Positions 1-13,488 of a stretch of DNA of 64,000 nucleotides are shown in pieces. The notes beneath the pieces are model-generated. The model searched no databases, was not told the origin of the DNA, and saw only the letters and a list, made by a program, of their open reading frames with translations. Both the position numbers and the translations under genes were made by a program. Each line of letters opens with the position of its first letter. Position 1 is the stretch's first letter. This DNA comes from Schmidtea nova (lineage: Eukaryota), in the NCBI GenBank assembly GCA_044892505.1, contig CM097883.1, positions 286,006,001 to 286,070,000 of the forward strand, written 5' to 3'.

Positions 1-2299
1 GTTAAAATGTAAAAAAACGAAATCTAAATATTAAATAATATATAAAATTTTCCTAAAAGTCGTATTGATATTTGAGTGCGATGGAACATACCTTCTGAAC
101 CACACTTGGTTTCACCAATCAACAAAGCATCACATATTATCGTCCTCAGTCATCAGATTTGTGCACCACATCTAAATCCATTCTTCAGGCGTTGTTATCA
201 TCAACATTCATCATAAATTATTTCACAACATCGTCAACATTCCATGCATCCTAATGGATGGGGTTAAATTTCGCTACTCCGATTAGGGCGAAAAAAATTT
301 ATTTTTCTGTTGTGTACTACTCGATGTGTAATCCTGGGGAATCTCTACGAATTGAGAATGCCTAATTACTTTCCTTGAATGTTCGACTAATTACCATTTT
401 GCACACTGTGATGTTTCATACTGACCCTTTCATATCAAGATATATTTTCGCCTGCTCTGCCCTTTGTGTGCAGCCCTCCCGCACCAGTTTAGATTATGAT
501 ACTACGCCCAAACGCCCGGCAGGTCCGACGACCATCGGATTACCTTACTCATTTTAATAGAAGAGCATGAAGGTTTAAAATCAGAAATAACACAAGTTGT
601 CAAAGAATTACCTTTATTTCAAATCTTCAGTTGGTTTAGAGATCGTTTTCAAATTCACGCTCTCAGTACTCAAGGTAAAAAGTGACGTTTTTTTCACTGC
701 ATTTGGCTGTTGCTTATATACTAATATGGCCTCTCCTTCCAGCCAATCAAGATGCTTTTACTGCCCTCATAATGGTTTTTTATATTTTTTAACTAAATTT
801 TATTGTGCCGTTGTGTTGTGTTGTGTTTTGATTTTATTTGATTTTATTGTTGTTTAGTCATGCGTAATTTATTTCTGTCATTTATTTTATCTTTATATTA
901 TTTTCAGGTAATGTCACCCCCGTGTTGTCATTTCTGTATGACTCACTCAAGTGTGCGTCTCTTTTTCGTTCTGCGTGAGTAAGTTTTTTATTGTTAACTT
1001 TTTCTATTCATCATCTTTTGTTCAGGCTTCAATGTATTTGCAGATGTTTTAGTATCTAATGGTAATATTTATTTATATTTTGTTTTTCGTTTATCTTTAT
1101 TATTTCAGCTTTTTATCCGATTTGCCTGGCCCAACACTCATTATATTGATAAAAGTTGTATAAAGTGAATTCGACGAATGAAAATCATTTAATTTTGAAA
1201 TTCATTTATATAGTTTATTTTAGAAATTGAAATTTACCGTTTCAAAGGGCAAGGGAGCGGGGTAAATCCTAATTTTGTAATATATAATTAAAAGTACTAT
1301 CTCTTCGCAAGCGCATATATGGAAATTTTGAGTTCTGACCGACCCAGGTTTTCGTTTTTGGTACTGACCATAACCGTTGCTGTTGTCAATGCCTCAGTTA
1401 GAGTTTCAAATTCACATATGTTAAAATTCCGCTGAAATACTAGATAAGTTGTTTTTAAGCAAGATTGACATTAGGTATAAGGGATAAATAGAGTTTAGTT
1501 AAACTTACTAACACAGCAATATAGAAATCTAAAGAATCACTGAAATTGACCGGTAACACATTCTCTGTGTGATGATTTCTGTATGATTAAAGATTGATAA
1601 CATAATACATATAAATGGCTTTGTTATATTTCAAAGTCTTTGATTTCAGATAATTATTATTTTATTGCCTTTTTTAAATTTTAGATTTTTAAAATTAATT
1701 TATTATGTTGCAATACCTGATTTATAATAGAAGACAAAACTTTTCAGTAAGACGCTGATAATTTTTCGGACGTTCCCAGTGACGTCGAAAACAATGAAGA
1801 CATCGAAAGTGATGGAAGAGAAAATATCGATTATTTCAGGGGAGAGGAAAATTCTTTTGCACTATCAAGAAGAAATCCCAGTGTATTTCGTATATCAACC
1901 AGCAGTGATGAAGAAGAAAGCGACGATATATGGTAGTGTTTCTCAAACTGCATGTCGTGAAAATTTTGAAAAATATTTAAAATTGCTAGGGTTTTTGAAC
2001 TCTTGAATTTTTTTAATTCTTTGTACTTAGCATTCTAAAACTATGAATGTTTTGGACTTGTGTTGAATAAAATATAGATTTAAATTTTATGTTTCTTTCG
2101 ATAAACGATATTTAATTTGAAATAATTGCAATCTAAATTATTAACGTATTTTTCTATTTCAATCAAAATTTAAATTACATTATATTACAATATTATTTTT
2201 ATATTTTTTGAATGGCTCCAAATAACATTTTTTTGAAGTTTAAAGTTCTGTTGATTTTGAAATAAATTTTCGAATACAGTGTAAGTGTTTATATTTGAT

Positions 2300-2730
2300 A
2301 GTTTTGGTATTTTCGAATACGGTTTTATGGCATCGGGACCAGAAGATTCTCAAATTCCTTTTTATCTGCTGTGTAACTTAACTTTGTCAAATGAAAGTTT
2401 AGTACCAAATAAATTAAAACGACATTTAGAAACAAATCATCCAGCACAAAAAGTCAAATCAAGAAAATATTTTGAGAAACTCGCAACTGAATAGACACAG
2501 CAATGAATTGCTAAGTTCATGAAAGTTCATGAATAAAGTTCGCTCGCATGCTACAAGGTCGCTCAATTAATAGTACAACGGAAGAAAGCTCACATTGAAG
2601 CTGAAAAAAAAGTGAAAACAGTGCCACTTTCAAATGACACAATTTCTAGACGAATTGAAGATATATCATCTGATATGGAAGATCAAATTCGAGAGTATTT
2701 TCACACATCTGACGATAATTTGTAGGCGTT
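2300..2730 (+). pseudogene. hAT (Buster/Charlie-like) transposase N-terminal relic
   Basis: Translates to YGF...LCNLTLSNESLVPNKLKRHLETNHP, then ACYKVAQLI and VPLSNDTISRRIEDIS across stops/frameshifts; motifs typical of Buster/ZBED8-type transposases. Confidence 0.75.
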
Positions 2731-3483
2731 CGTTTCGATCCATCCGAAAGATTAGCCAAATGAATATAACATCAGTCAATATATTATTGATAAAAAAGGG
2801 TGTACGAAAGGTTGTCGTGTTTGTTATGCGAATAAAATTAGATAACCTACGTATTTTGTGTGTAAGACTTACCAAGTACAATTACATCTAGGTGAATCCT
2901 TCAATAATTATTACAAAGAAAAAAATATAAAAAATTTATTTTTATTACTTTATTGTTTTCTTTTATTAAAAATGAACTATTAAATTATTTAATGAATTTT
3001 TAAAACGTTTTTTTATTTAATTCTTTAAAAATATTACCGGCCCCTGGTGAAGTTTAACTGAGTAGGCGTGCGACCAATAAAGTATTAATGGTTAGGTTTT
3101 TCTAATATCGTTTTTTTTATATTTTTATTGGTTATTTTATTTTTCTTCATTCTTTTCAATTAATTTCAATTAACTTTGTCAATCATTGTGGTAATGATGA
3201 ATTTTGGTAAATTTATTAGTTTTTTTATTCGTTTTAACTTTTATATTTTAATTTTGCATTCACTATTTAATCTCTTGATTAATTTACACAATTGTCCATT
3301 AACTTTCTACTTTTTTCTTATTTATTCCTTTCTAGATATCCCTTTATTTAAATTTAGTGTTTTCATAATTTTATATTTTTGATTCAAACCCAACAATATT
3401 ATGATGCCATTTCAAATATTGACTTAATTTCTAGCAAGAGTTGAGTATACCGAATAAAAAATCAATACATTAATAAATATTTA

Positions 3484-3986
3484 CAGGGTTTCTACAGGAT
3501 AACTGCGCAATACATAAAATAGTGAGTGTTAGGGAATTGATATTTTACAGAGGACATGTGGCTGTATTTTTACAACCTTATTCACCTCAACTAAATCCAA
3601 TTGAGAAACTGTTTTCAAAATGGAATGGACTGATAAAACAAAGCGAAGCTAACAACACTTGAGAATTTTTTGAGGCAATAGCAACAAGTTATACAAGGAT
3701 TACATCTGAAGGATGCCAAATTATTTTGGTCATATGAGAGAATTTGTCGTTGCTGCTTTGCGCAGTGAACCATCTTAATAAAATATGGATATCTAAATTT
3801 GTTTTTTTAATTTTAATTTAATTTAATATTTGTGGTGTATCCACTATTATTTTTTTTTAAATGTGCATATTTATTTTCAAATTACAATAGTTTCAATCAA
3901 TTACTTTTTACTTTAAAATTTATTAATTATTTTGATAAGAATATTAATATATTTGCAAACTTTATTATTTCAAGTGGGAAACCCTG
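3484..3986 (+). mobile_element. Deleted Tc1/mariner element (DD34E C-terminal fragment)
   Basis: QDNCAIH...FLQPYSPQLNPIE with 34 residues between D and E; TA|CAGGGTTTC at 3482-3492 and GAAACCCTG|TA at 3978-3988 form a short inverted repeat with TA flanks. Confidence 0.7.
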
Positions 3987-4755
3987 TATACTCTAGTTCA
4001 TAAAACGAACTCCGGTTGAGTTGCCCCATAAGAAAATACGTTTTAACGGTTATCTGTTGTTTTTGAGCAAAAACATTCGATTGCAGTTGTTTTTAGATCA
4101 AACCTGACCTTGTCATAACCATTTTCTTCAGCAAAGCGAAAACTCGTTAAGTTAAAAAAAATTGTATGAATATTGCATACGTCAAGATCTGGAAAATCGC
4201 CTGAAAATTAACTTTAAAGAAGATATTGATTTGAGAAAAATTTGAAAAAAAGACATTGAAAAAATTAATCGGTTGAACCAATTCATGCAATTCTAAACAA
4301 TTATCAATAGAATCAATTCATCAAAAAAGAGAAAAAGACCTTTAGGAACATGGTTTATGTAACGAACAAATCAGAGTTTACTGACAAACTCGTTTAAAGT
4401 TAATTTTCGGTTAAATTAACTTTTTAATTTGTGAAATTGTCATTTTTAATTTTGTTTAAATATTAGTAAGATATATTATTTGAGGTGTAAATTGTTTTTC
4501 AAATAAATAGATATTTCGAGAATTATCTATCATTGGCTCCTTTACTAAATAATGAGTAATATTGAAAGTTGTTATTCTAGTTTTCCCCAACCATGAAGTC
4601 TACTTTCTCATGCAAATACGAAAGTGGGATTCTCAAATTTGAAGAGTTACGGGTTATTTTAACAATCACTAATCCATATTTTAATGAAAAGTACAACTCG
4701 TCAGTGTGGAACACGGAGCCATGATTACAAACGTCATTCTTATTGAAAAAGATAA

Positions 4756-6084
4756 CACTACCCGACACTAAAATTTTTTATTTGATAACAAGAAGTTGGT
4801 ATAGTGTATTTTTGCATGCTGATTCCAAAAATGATATCAGAATTTCTCTATCGCGTCCAGTTTTTTATATAAAGGATATTCGAAAATTTTGAAGAAAATC
4901 TATGTTACATACATTGTATCACATCCAGATAGAGAAATAAGGCTTTAAAATCGTATCGGTTTTTATTTTAGTTATTTTAATGTACACATAAGAAATAATG
5001 GTTGCTCCCTTTAATTTGTTTCAATGAAGTAAAGCTGGCTAAATTATAAATTCTGCTGCTTTTTATGTCTGTGGGATAGCAGAGATAGACAAAACTACTA
5101 CACTACCAATCAGTGGCCAGCTAGACAGACCCGAGTACCGGGGACATATTCAATTAAATACAACTATTTAGTCGATCCTAATGACGTCTTGTTACCTCCT
5201 CTCCACATCAAATTGGGCCTGTTTAAGCAATTTGTTAAAGCCTTGAATACAGGAGGAGAGCCAGTGAAAACACTGAGACGGACATTCCCCAGATTGTCCG
5301 CAACAAAGATAAAGGAAGGAGTTTTTGTCAGCCCTCAGTTAAGGAAGATAATGGAAAGTGAAGTGTTCAGAATGACACTCAACCAGATAGAACTTCGAGC
5401 CTGGAATGGTCTCCTGGAGGTAGTCAGAAATTTTTTGGGAAAACACCGCTCTAGCAACTACAAAGAAGTCGTTTCTGAGCTGCTTGATGCTTTTGCTGCA
5501 CTGAAAGAAACTTCAAATTATTGTGGCTGTAGCATATCATTATTTTTCTACCTCTTACAGCTCAATATGTCTCTCAAAATTCATTTTTTGAAGAATCATC
5601 TTGAATTTTTTCCTGGCGATCTGGGAAAAGTGAGTGATGAACACGGTGAAAGGTTTCACCAGACAATCAAAGCTATTGAAAATCGCTATCAAGGCAGGAG
5701 TCACTCAAAGATGATGGCAGACTTTTGCTGGTTAACGAATGTTGATACTTAAATTTTATTGACACTGCGTTTCTTTGCTGAAATATCAAATAGTGACAGC
5801 CTAATTCAGCGTATTTTTCCGTTTCATTTATCTCGCTGTTGAAATTCTCATGCAAGTATCTTTCTACTTCTGTCTATGTCTATCATAAATTGTTTTCGCT
5901 ATGATTTACTATATTTTTAATGACAATCTCCAATCTACTTTTTTTCTAAATTTCGGATACTGCTTTATATAAAAAACTAAACGTGATGTAGAAATTTCGA
6001 TAAAAATTTCGGAATCAGCATGCTAAATTACCCTAGAGACACATTTTTATCAAATAAAATAAAAAAAAATTTTGTCGAGTAGTG
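4756..6084 (+). mobile_element. Internally deleted CMC/Chapaev3-like DNA transposon
   Basis: Imperfect ~120 bp TIRs beginning CACTAC (4756) and ending GTAGTG (6084), TAA on both sides; ORF 5189-5752 has LPPLHIKLGLFKQFVKAL, KEGVF, SDEHGERFHQ, MMADFCW. Family name is from recollection of this motif set. Confidence 0.75.
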
Positions 6085-7139
6085 TAATCAAAAAAGCAAT
6101 CATTTGGGTACTTTTCATTCCAAATACAGCTTTGGATGATTACAAAAGTTTAAGAAACAAGATGGTATCTTACACGAGACATGGTCATTCAACTTCTGAT
6201 TTGGTAAATATAATCGAAAGAGGCAGAAAGGAAATTTAAGAAGCCATTAAAAATTATTTAGTGGATGAATTCTACCACATGGATGAGACCCAGATGCGGA
6301 ACGGGATTCATACCATTGCAACTTAAATAAAATGATAATAGGATATAAGTAATAATAAAGGGAGTCGGTTAAAGTTGGAAAATTTGCAATCTCGAATGAT
6401 CATTTTTGGGCGGGAAATTAATGCGAAAAATCAATTTAATTAATAGTTTCGCCTGCAAAGCAATGGAGTGGAATTCGATCCTCCTCGTCATTAGCGAAAT
6501 TGCAAATTCAATGGAATTTGATCCTCTTCGTAAGTAACAAAATTTATGATGAAGTGAAAGTTGATCCTTATTGTTATTAATTGATTTGCGTGGAGGACGT
6601 GGATTAGCAATTAGCTTGAGTGAGTCAAATTTCAATTCCAACAATAAGTGAGAATGACGTATAAGACTAATCCTAGAGAAACTCGCGGGAAATTAGCAAT
6701 TAAGGGTAAGAAATTTGATATAGGTAATTTGAGATATTGGTTATAGGAAACCCGAGAGCTGGAGTCACGAGTTAGCATATAAATTCGAAATAGAGATTTC
6801 GAAAATCCGTCGATCAGCTAAGGACAACACTCGATTAGTATAAATGGAGACGGCGTGCACCGTTGTTTATAAAATATATAATATGCAAGTACTCGACGAA
6901 ATAATTAAGGTACAATTGTCGGACGGTATTCTTAATATGCAAGTCCTGGATGAGATAGGCATCAAGAAACGCTGGAGAGAGCCGAAACCATTTAAAAAAA
7001 GAATTAATTTATATAGATGTAAAACGATAAAGAACCTTGAAAATTTAAAATAAAAACTGAAAATGATTTATTAAGACATTTCAAGAGCTTTTTCAGAATC
7101 AACCATACCGTTTATAGAAGAGGATGAAGGAGAAATTGT

Positions 7140-7960
7140 TTTAAAAAAATTAATATAAAATATTTTTAGAAATGCAGAAAACGAAGTTATTATGCCTCAA
7201 TCAGACGGACCTGGAGAAGGAACACATTGAAAAACGTAAAATAAATTAATGAAATAGGTGATAATTATCAAGAATCTGGTCGGCAAATTGGTTTTGAACC
7301 TAAAAGTATTAAAAACATTGTGTCGAGGTAAAAAAAACTGGGCTTTTGACAAGAGAGAAGAAACAGAAAACATATAAGCTTAAATAATGAAGAAAAATGA
7401 ACACAATTATTAGATTTTGTGGACCACAATTATTGGTCTACTATCGAAGATATGAAAAACTTCCTGGGTAAAATTAATTATAATGTGTCCACAAAACTAT
7501 ATCCAGATTTTTCAGAAATAAGCTGATAAGCTTCAAGAACGTACATCCATTTATTAAAGATCGAAACTCGGAAAGAGTTTTGCAAATTAGATCAAATTAT
7601 GCTCGAAAACTTCTTGAAGAAGGATTGACTGATGTATTTAAATCTATTAATGTGGCCTTAATATATGGAGATGCAAAACATAAGGACGAAATAGAAAAAG
7701 TGTGAGACTGCTCAAATTCCTACCAGGAGAGGTGTAATAAGTCATAATGGTCCAATTCACCATAAAGTGATTTTTGGATCATTTAGGAAAGAAAGGTATC
7801 AAAGCTTTATAGACTAACTGCCAGAAAAACTAAATGGAACACATTATTTTTTGATACATGATGTTTCTATCCATGTACATGTTATATAGCAAAATAATTA
7901 CCCTAAATATCGGCGTATACGCCACGGTGTTATATGAAGAAGAGTGAGGGCTTTAGATGG
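7140..7960 (+). pseudogene. Degenerate Tc1/IS630-like transposase relic
   Basis: Fragmented HTH/DDE-like peptides (GRQIGFEPKSIKNIV; FLIHDVSIH); 7145-7320 is clearly similar to 55800-56030, so a dispersed repeat. Confidence 0.5.
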
Positions 7961-8099
7961 AATTTTTTACCTAAGTAGCAATTTTTGCACTAATGAATGT
8001 ATTTGAATAATTTAATTAAATGTCATAAATAACATCATATTAATCAAAGGAGTGTTGAATGCCAAATATTTATAATTAGATTTTATTCAAATCCACCAA

Positions 8100-8870
8100 A
8101 TTCTTCATCGGATTCAATACGAAAAGCTTCGAGTATGTCACAGTATTTATTTAATTTAAGATCAAACTTTTTATCACAATCTGTTTCGTCAGAATCGTTA
8201 TGGATATTATCTTCATTTGATTGACTAATGTCTTTATAACAGTAATCATGAAGTTTTGCTTTTTTAAGTCATTTTTAACTTCATAACAACTTTCGAGAAC
8301 CCATTGGCAAACCTCTTCATAAGTCGCATGTTTCATTCGGTTTGCCTTGGGGAATGATTTGATACCATTAACCATCAAATTTTCCCATTTTTTGCGAGTT
8401 TTATTTTTAAAAGATTTATTGGCTGAGAGATCGAGTTGTAATATTTTAGTGAGGCCGCCAGGGATAACTGCTAATTTGGAATGTTTTTGAACACTTCCTT
8501 TTGTGCTAGGATTGAGGTGTGAATGATGATAGTAGTATATTAAAAGCTATTTTGGTCTAATGGAGCCTTTTCTTTTGCGCCATACTTTCTCCAGCCACTG
8601 ACTCATTATTTTTTTGTTCATTCATCACTTCGGTGATAGTGACAACAACATTTTCGGGGAAATTAACTTTTGGCTCGCATTTGGCTCCATTAGCAGTACA
8701 ACATAGTAATATAGTTCTGATGGTTCATTAACAATTTAATTATGCTCAACTCACAAGTGTTTTTAACTAAGGAGTGAATTCTTTTCACATCATAGTTAAA
8801 CCTTTAAAGTAGTTTAGCCATTGTAACTATATTACACCATAAAATGCGTTCGCTCCACGCTTTTCATTTT
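8100..8870 (-). pseudogene. pogo-type DDE_1 transposase relic
   Basis: Minus strand reads IPGGLTKIL..LDLSANKSFK..RKKWENLM...EEVCQWVLES, and upstream ANGAKCEPK and WSERILW; typical pogo catalytic-domain motifs. Confidence 0.6.
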
Positions 8871-9571
8871 AAATTTCTAAACGTTTTCATAGTTTTTAAA
8901 ATCTTACAATCATAAGCCCTCAAAATTTTCTGTATGGGGATAGGGTAAATTATTATTTTAGTTAATTTTAAAAACGTGGTAAAATAAAAAAAATTATATA
9001 TTTATTTTCCTGCTTTTTCGTCTTCTGTGAGTAAAAATCTTTTATTATTATATATTTTGTCATTTTCATCACTTTTACAACCGTTTTTTATAAGGGTCCC
9101 CCTAACCCCGGGTCCGGACCTGTGGCAAATTGTTGAATATTGCATTATCATCGGGGTCTGAGCTATGTTCGAAATTTCAAGACTTTAGCTCATCGAAAAG
9201 TTAGTTAAAAATCGATTACAAATGTTGGGCCCGCCAAATCACCTAAAAACACAATAAAAGAGCGAAAACATGAAACAATAAAGAAATAATAAAAATAAAA
9301 ATAACAATAAAAACAAATTAAAAACAAGAATAAAATGACAAATAATAATTGATAAATTTTCAGTAAAAGGAAATTTTGAAAATAAACCGGCAAACAACAG
9401 CAAAAGGGGGCCTGAAATAAGAAAAGATAGAATTAAATAAAATAATAGTGCAAATAATTAATTAATTACTTGGAAAATCAGGACCACCCAGCGAGAAACC
9501 GGAAAAGGAAACAAAATAATGTTTAGGTTAGAATAAAATAATAAAAATACTTTGATGGACGGCCTGATCCT

Positions 9572-9606
9572 GATTGGTCAATCCAACCAGACGGATCAGT
9601 ATAAAT
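9572..9606 (+). promoter_or_regulatory. Putative LTR promoter (inverted CCAAT + TATA) in solo LTR
   Basis: GATTGGTC...GATCAGTATAAATA, same motifs and similar spacing as 15654-15688. Confidence 0.55.
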
Positions 9607-10649
9607 ACCGATCCAAAAATCACAACTGACACACTTTTTAGAAACTTACAATCAAGACTAAACTTTGATTTTAAGAAATATTTTTATTTAACGGAACGAT
9701 ACTTTTTCGAGAAACAGATTTTCATCAAATACAAGGAACCACACATTCGAGTACGGAACGTAATTTGTTTGTTTTGATTATTTATTGTATATGAAATTTT
9801 TATGTATCCATGATTTTCATCATTTAGTTAATTAAAATTTTATGAAACTTTTAATTTTCTCTATTTAATTTTTAATCATGCATATAGTTATACTTCCTAG
9901 GCTGCTCACGCGGCAAGGGAGTCCGAGTCGTCGTTGTGGGGCCCCAGGGTCTCACATGGCGGTTCCACCTTTTTAGTGTTGATTTTAGATTCATTATTTT
10001 AACTTGATAACATGTCTATAATTCGATCCAGTTGAAAAATTTTATGAATGATAAATTAATTTATTTAATTCGGGGTTGCACAGGGGACGAGCGTCGATGG
10101 CTAAAGGGTATAAAGGCGGAAAGCGGATTGATAGGGAGGGACCCCTGGTAGGGCGCACTCATCGGTAGAGTTTTAGGCCAAATAAATCTAAATTGGACCT
10201 CTAGCAATGAAAAGCAACGAAAACCAAACAGCATTAATTCGAATATTTTTCGCTGAAATAAAAATTTCAACACAGTTCAAGGTCCGATTTCATTCGGAAT
10301 CAACAACTCGACTTTAAAATCATAATATCAATAAATTCCGATCGCATTAGAATGCGACGGAAATCCAAGTTGAATTAAACCATTTTCTAAAAATAGACCG
10401 ATCGTCGTATATGGCGCAGTTTCCTAATTTATCTTCCGATCGCTGTATATAGCGCGGAAAATCTTTATTAAATTTTGTATGTCCTGAATGCTATACATAG
10501 CACAGGATTAATCATGAATCCCTTATTTCCGACCGTGGTAGATCGCGGCGAGACAAATTAACATAACCATATCATTAAATTAAATTCGGTTGATTTTACA
10601 TGTTAGCAGTAATCCTCTTACAATTTTTTTTTGGTTTATATTCAATAAA

Positions 10650-11150
10650 ATGATACAGATGCCGATCGCCGAAATTATGAACCAATTAGCTCAAATACGG
10701 AATGTGGAACAAGGGAATACAAAAAATGGAACGATCTTGCAACTCAAGGATCTACCGGCACCGATATTACGAACCCTCAACTGCCAGATGTATAAGTGGC
10801 GACATGGGTTTGGTCGAAGATGCCCGTTCTCAATATGGACAGGAGGGAACGACCAAGTATACTATCGTGGAGGACCGAACTGGCCAATTTCCCAGAGGCC
10901 TTATTCAAATAAGTTTGGCCGAATGATCATATTAATAAAGAACACAGATGGACGAACAAGCCGTATAATTTATTGGGGGGCATATCCCTCGCCGAGAACT
11001 GTGTCAACTAGGCCTGCACGAGTTTCTACCGCGGAAACCGTTCGGCAAGGAATGCCAGAAAGGACAACCCTCATTCTCTTGGGCTCGCCTTCGTCAGATG
11101 CCGATAAACAGCGAAATGCACAGCTTGTTTCGGCGATGAAAAATGCTTGA
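10650..11150 (+). CDS. Unknown 166 aa protein inside solo LTR
   Basis: Intact ATG-started ORF, more GC-rich than flanks, no recognisable domain; absent from the 15295/37307 LTRs. Confidence 0.5.
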   Translation: MIQMPIAEIMNQLAQIRNVEQGNTKNGTILQLKDLPAPILRTLNCQMYKWRHGFGRRCPFSIWTGGNDQVYYRGGPNWPISQRPYSNKFGRMIILIKNTDGRTSRIIYWGAYPSPRTVSTRPARVSTAETVRQGMPERTTLILLGSPSSDADKQRNAQLVSAMKNA

Positions 11151-11320
11151 CAATGATTAATTTGTGTTAAAATATTAATGTTCATCAGTGATTTTTGTTT
11201 TGAGTTTTCTTGTTTTGTATTATTAAGCCGGTCACATTTTGAATTCTAATAAGCATGTATTCAGATTTTAAATTTTCACATAATTTAACCATAAAGTGAT
11301 TATCGTAAATAAATTATAGA

Positions 11321-11917
11321 ATGACCACCGATTTGGTACAAAGGGAGTTAGAAAAGATGTGGCGGATCCGGAGAGCCCAGGACAAGGAATTGGGTCTCCT
11401 CAAAGCACAATTAGTCAAAGCCGAGGCACAAGTCGCATATTTGCGCAAAAGCTGGTTTGCTCCGGCCAGGATGAAAGAGCAAATCAGTAAAACAAAACGC
11501 GCCCAACAGACTGCAGCCGATTACCAAATGGAATGGGAGGCTACAAAGATAGAACTCCGAAAATGCCTCCATTCCGTAACTGCCTCATATATTGAGAAAG
11601 AACTCAGAGATCAAATCCGTCCGGTCACGTATCAGGAATGGACATCGGGAAAGAAAACCGTAAACTCAGTTGGCACGGATGTCGCTGAGCTAATTGAAAG
11701 CCAAAATGAGCCGGTTCCAGCAGTAATTCCATCCACCTCAACGACAAACGCGCACCAGAAACGCAAGCGCATTGGGCAGAAACGGCGAAGACAAAGGAAA
11801 TTGTTTGCCCAGCGATTACAGAGCCAAGTAGATGGCCTACATCAAATGACCGAAGAAGAATTATTGACGGAAATTTTTCCTCCGGCTGGAGTTTTTTCGG
11901 AACTAATAAAAAATTGA
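11321..11917 (+). CDS. LTR-encoded coiled-coil protein with Arg/Lys-rich motif (solo-LTR homologue)
   Basis: Ungapped hand alignment to the 16935 ORF gives about 50/101 identities; basic motif QKRKRIGQKRRRQRK; preceded by TTATAG|A ATG. Confidence 0.8.
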   Translation: MTTDLVQRELEKMWRIRRAQDKELGLLKAQLVKAEAQVAYLRKSWFAPARMKEQISKTKRAQQTAADYQMEWEATKIELRKCLHSVTASYIEKELRDQIRPVTYQEWTSGKKTVNSVGTDVAELIESQNEPVPAVIPSTSTTNAHQKRKRIGQKRRRQRKLFAQRLQSQVDGLHQMTEEELLTEIFPPAGVFSELIKN

Positions 11918-13374
11918 ATAAATTTTCGTGTTATCTTAAAAATTTTATCGTTCATTTCAATTGATTCAGTAACTTGACAAATGATTAGATAAATGTAGAA
12001 TAAAAGTATAAACTCATCTCACAAAATACCTAATAAAGGTAAATAAATAATTAAGCGAGCATTTGTTAAAACACTTCATGCAAAATGAGCAATGTTAAAG
12101 ATAAATTTTCTAAAAAGATTATTGCGGAATACCTAAGCAGATGATTTAAAGCATAAGTCCTTCTAACGGCAGCAATGAACCCGTAAACATAAATGGGGAG
12201 TAGTACTAGCAATAGTGCTCACCTGCCCATCATTGTTTAACCACCCTGCGCATCACCAACTTGATTATATAGGGAAGTAGTCAAGGGCGCTTGAGTGTAG
12301 AATTGCAATTTTATGCATGATCATGGATGAGGGATCCCTAGTCATTGTTAGAGCATTTTTCTTCTAACCCCTCCATGAACCCAGCACAAAATTTGTACCG
12401 CACACACATACGTAAAAGAAAAGCAAGTTAATAAAAACGTTGTAAAAAATGTATTTTCATAATCCGTTTCAAGTGACATAAAATGATATTAATCATAATT
12501 CAAATGTGTTATATATGGGGCGCGGGTTATATGTGAAATGTTTAACTTTTTATATAATTCATTGACATTTATGTGGTGCGTGTTATACTCCGAAATTTAG
12601 GGTTTATAAAATGCTTGCCGCCATATAACCCTTTCTAAACCCCATAGAAAGTTTATTTAGTAAAGTAACACTTTTTTGATCGGCAACTTTACACAGAAAC
12701 TATGTCATGTCACCGGTTATTATTTTATAATTTGGAAATAAAGTAAAACGTTCCATCGTGGTTAAAATTTCTGAATTACTAAAACTTTGATAAAATTCTA
12801 AATACTAAGAACAGTATTTTCTTTATTATAAAGCGGACACGACTAACCAAGATACGCATTACTACATCGGTCAACAACGTTTGGGCATGAGCAAACGAGT
12901 TAACTCGTTACCGGTCAACAAAGTTTTAAAAAGAGCTATCAGAAAAAAAGTTGTGGCAATCGAAGGATTAAGTACCACTGATTACAAAATTCGAATGAAA
13001 TCAGTCACAATATTTGTGGAGGAAAATTAGAAAAATTATCTTATTTTCATTTTAAAATTATTATGATTAAATAAAAATGTTCTCCCTAAAGTTTTTATTG
13101 AAGGAGGAAATCTTGGGGACATTATTTGCTTTTTTCAGTATTTTATAAATATCTTTTGACTGACTGTCCGTTGTTGAAACTATAACGGTTTCAGAAACTA
13201 AATTATTGGGATTAAAATATTAGTTAAAGCTTTACTTTGAATTGCAACATCATTTGATATTTAATTGACGTATAACTTTAAATCTGAATGTTTATTGCCG
13301 TTTTACTCTGAACGCTACCAATAATTGACATTTCATTGTCTTTAAATAATAAAATGCATTCATTTTTGGGAGAA

Positions 13375-13436
13375 TATATATATATATATATATATAGTGT
13401 ATTTTAGCGTATTTTAGCGTATTTTACTATTTTTTT

Positions 13437-13486
<50 letters not shown>
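13375..13486. repeat. (TA)n microsatellites
   Basis: Two TA runs at ~13375-13396 and ~13440-13486. Confidence 0.95.

Positions 13487-13488
<2 letters not shown>

Larger units (their letters stand above)
9223..12386 (+). mobile_element. Solo LTR (3164 bp) of a divergent relative of the giant element
   Basis: TGTTGGG...CCCAGCA termini, CAAA on both sides (9219-9222, 12387-12390), no PBS after it; shares CCAAT/TATA block, bulged hairpins, the basic-protein ORF and the 3' ~250 bp with the LTRs at 15295 and 37307. Confidence 0.85.

Noticed and set aside
300-560. Possible fourth LTR-end remnant on the minus strand
   Set aside because: Only scattered short word matches; the diagnostic GCAA hairpin block is not present.
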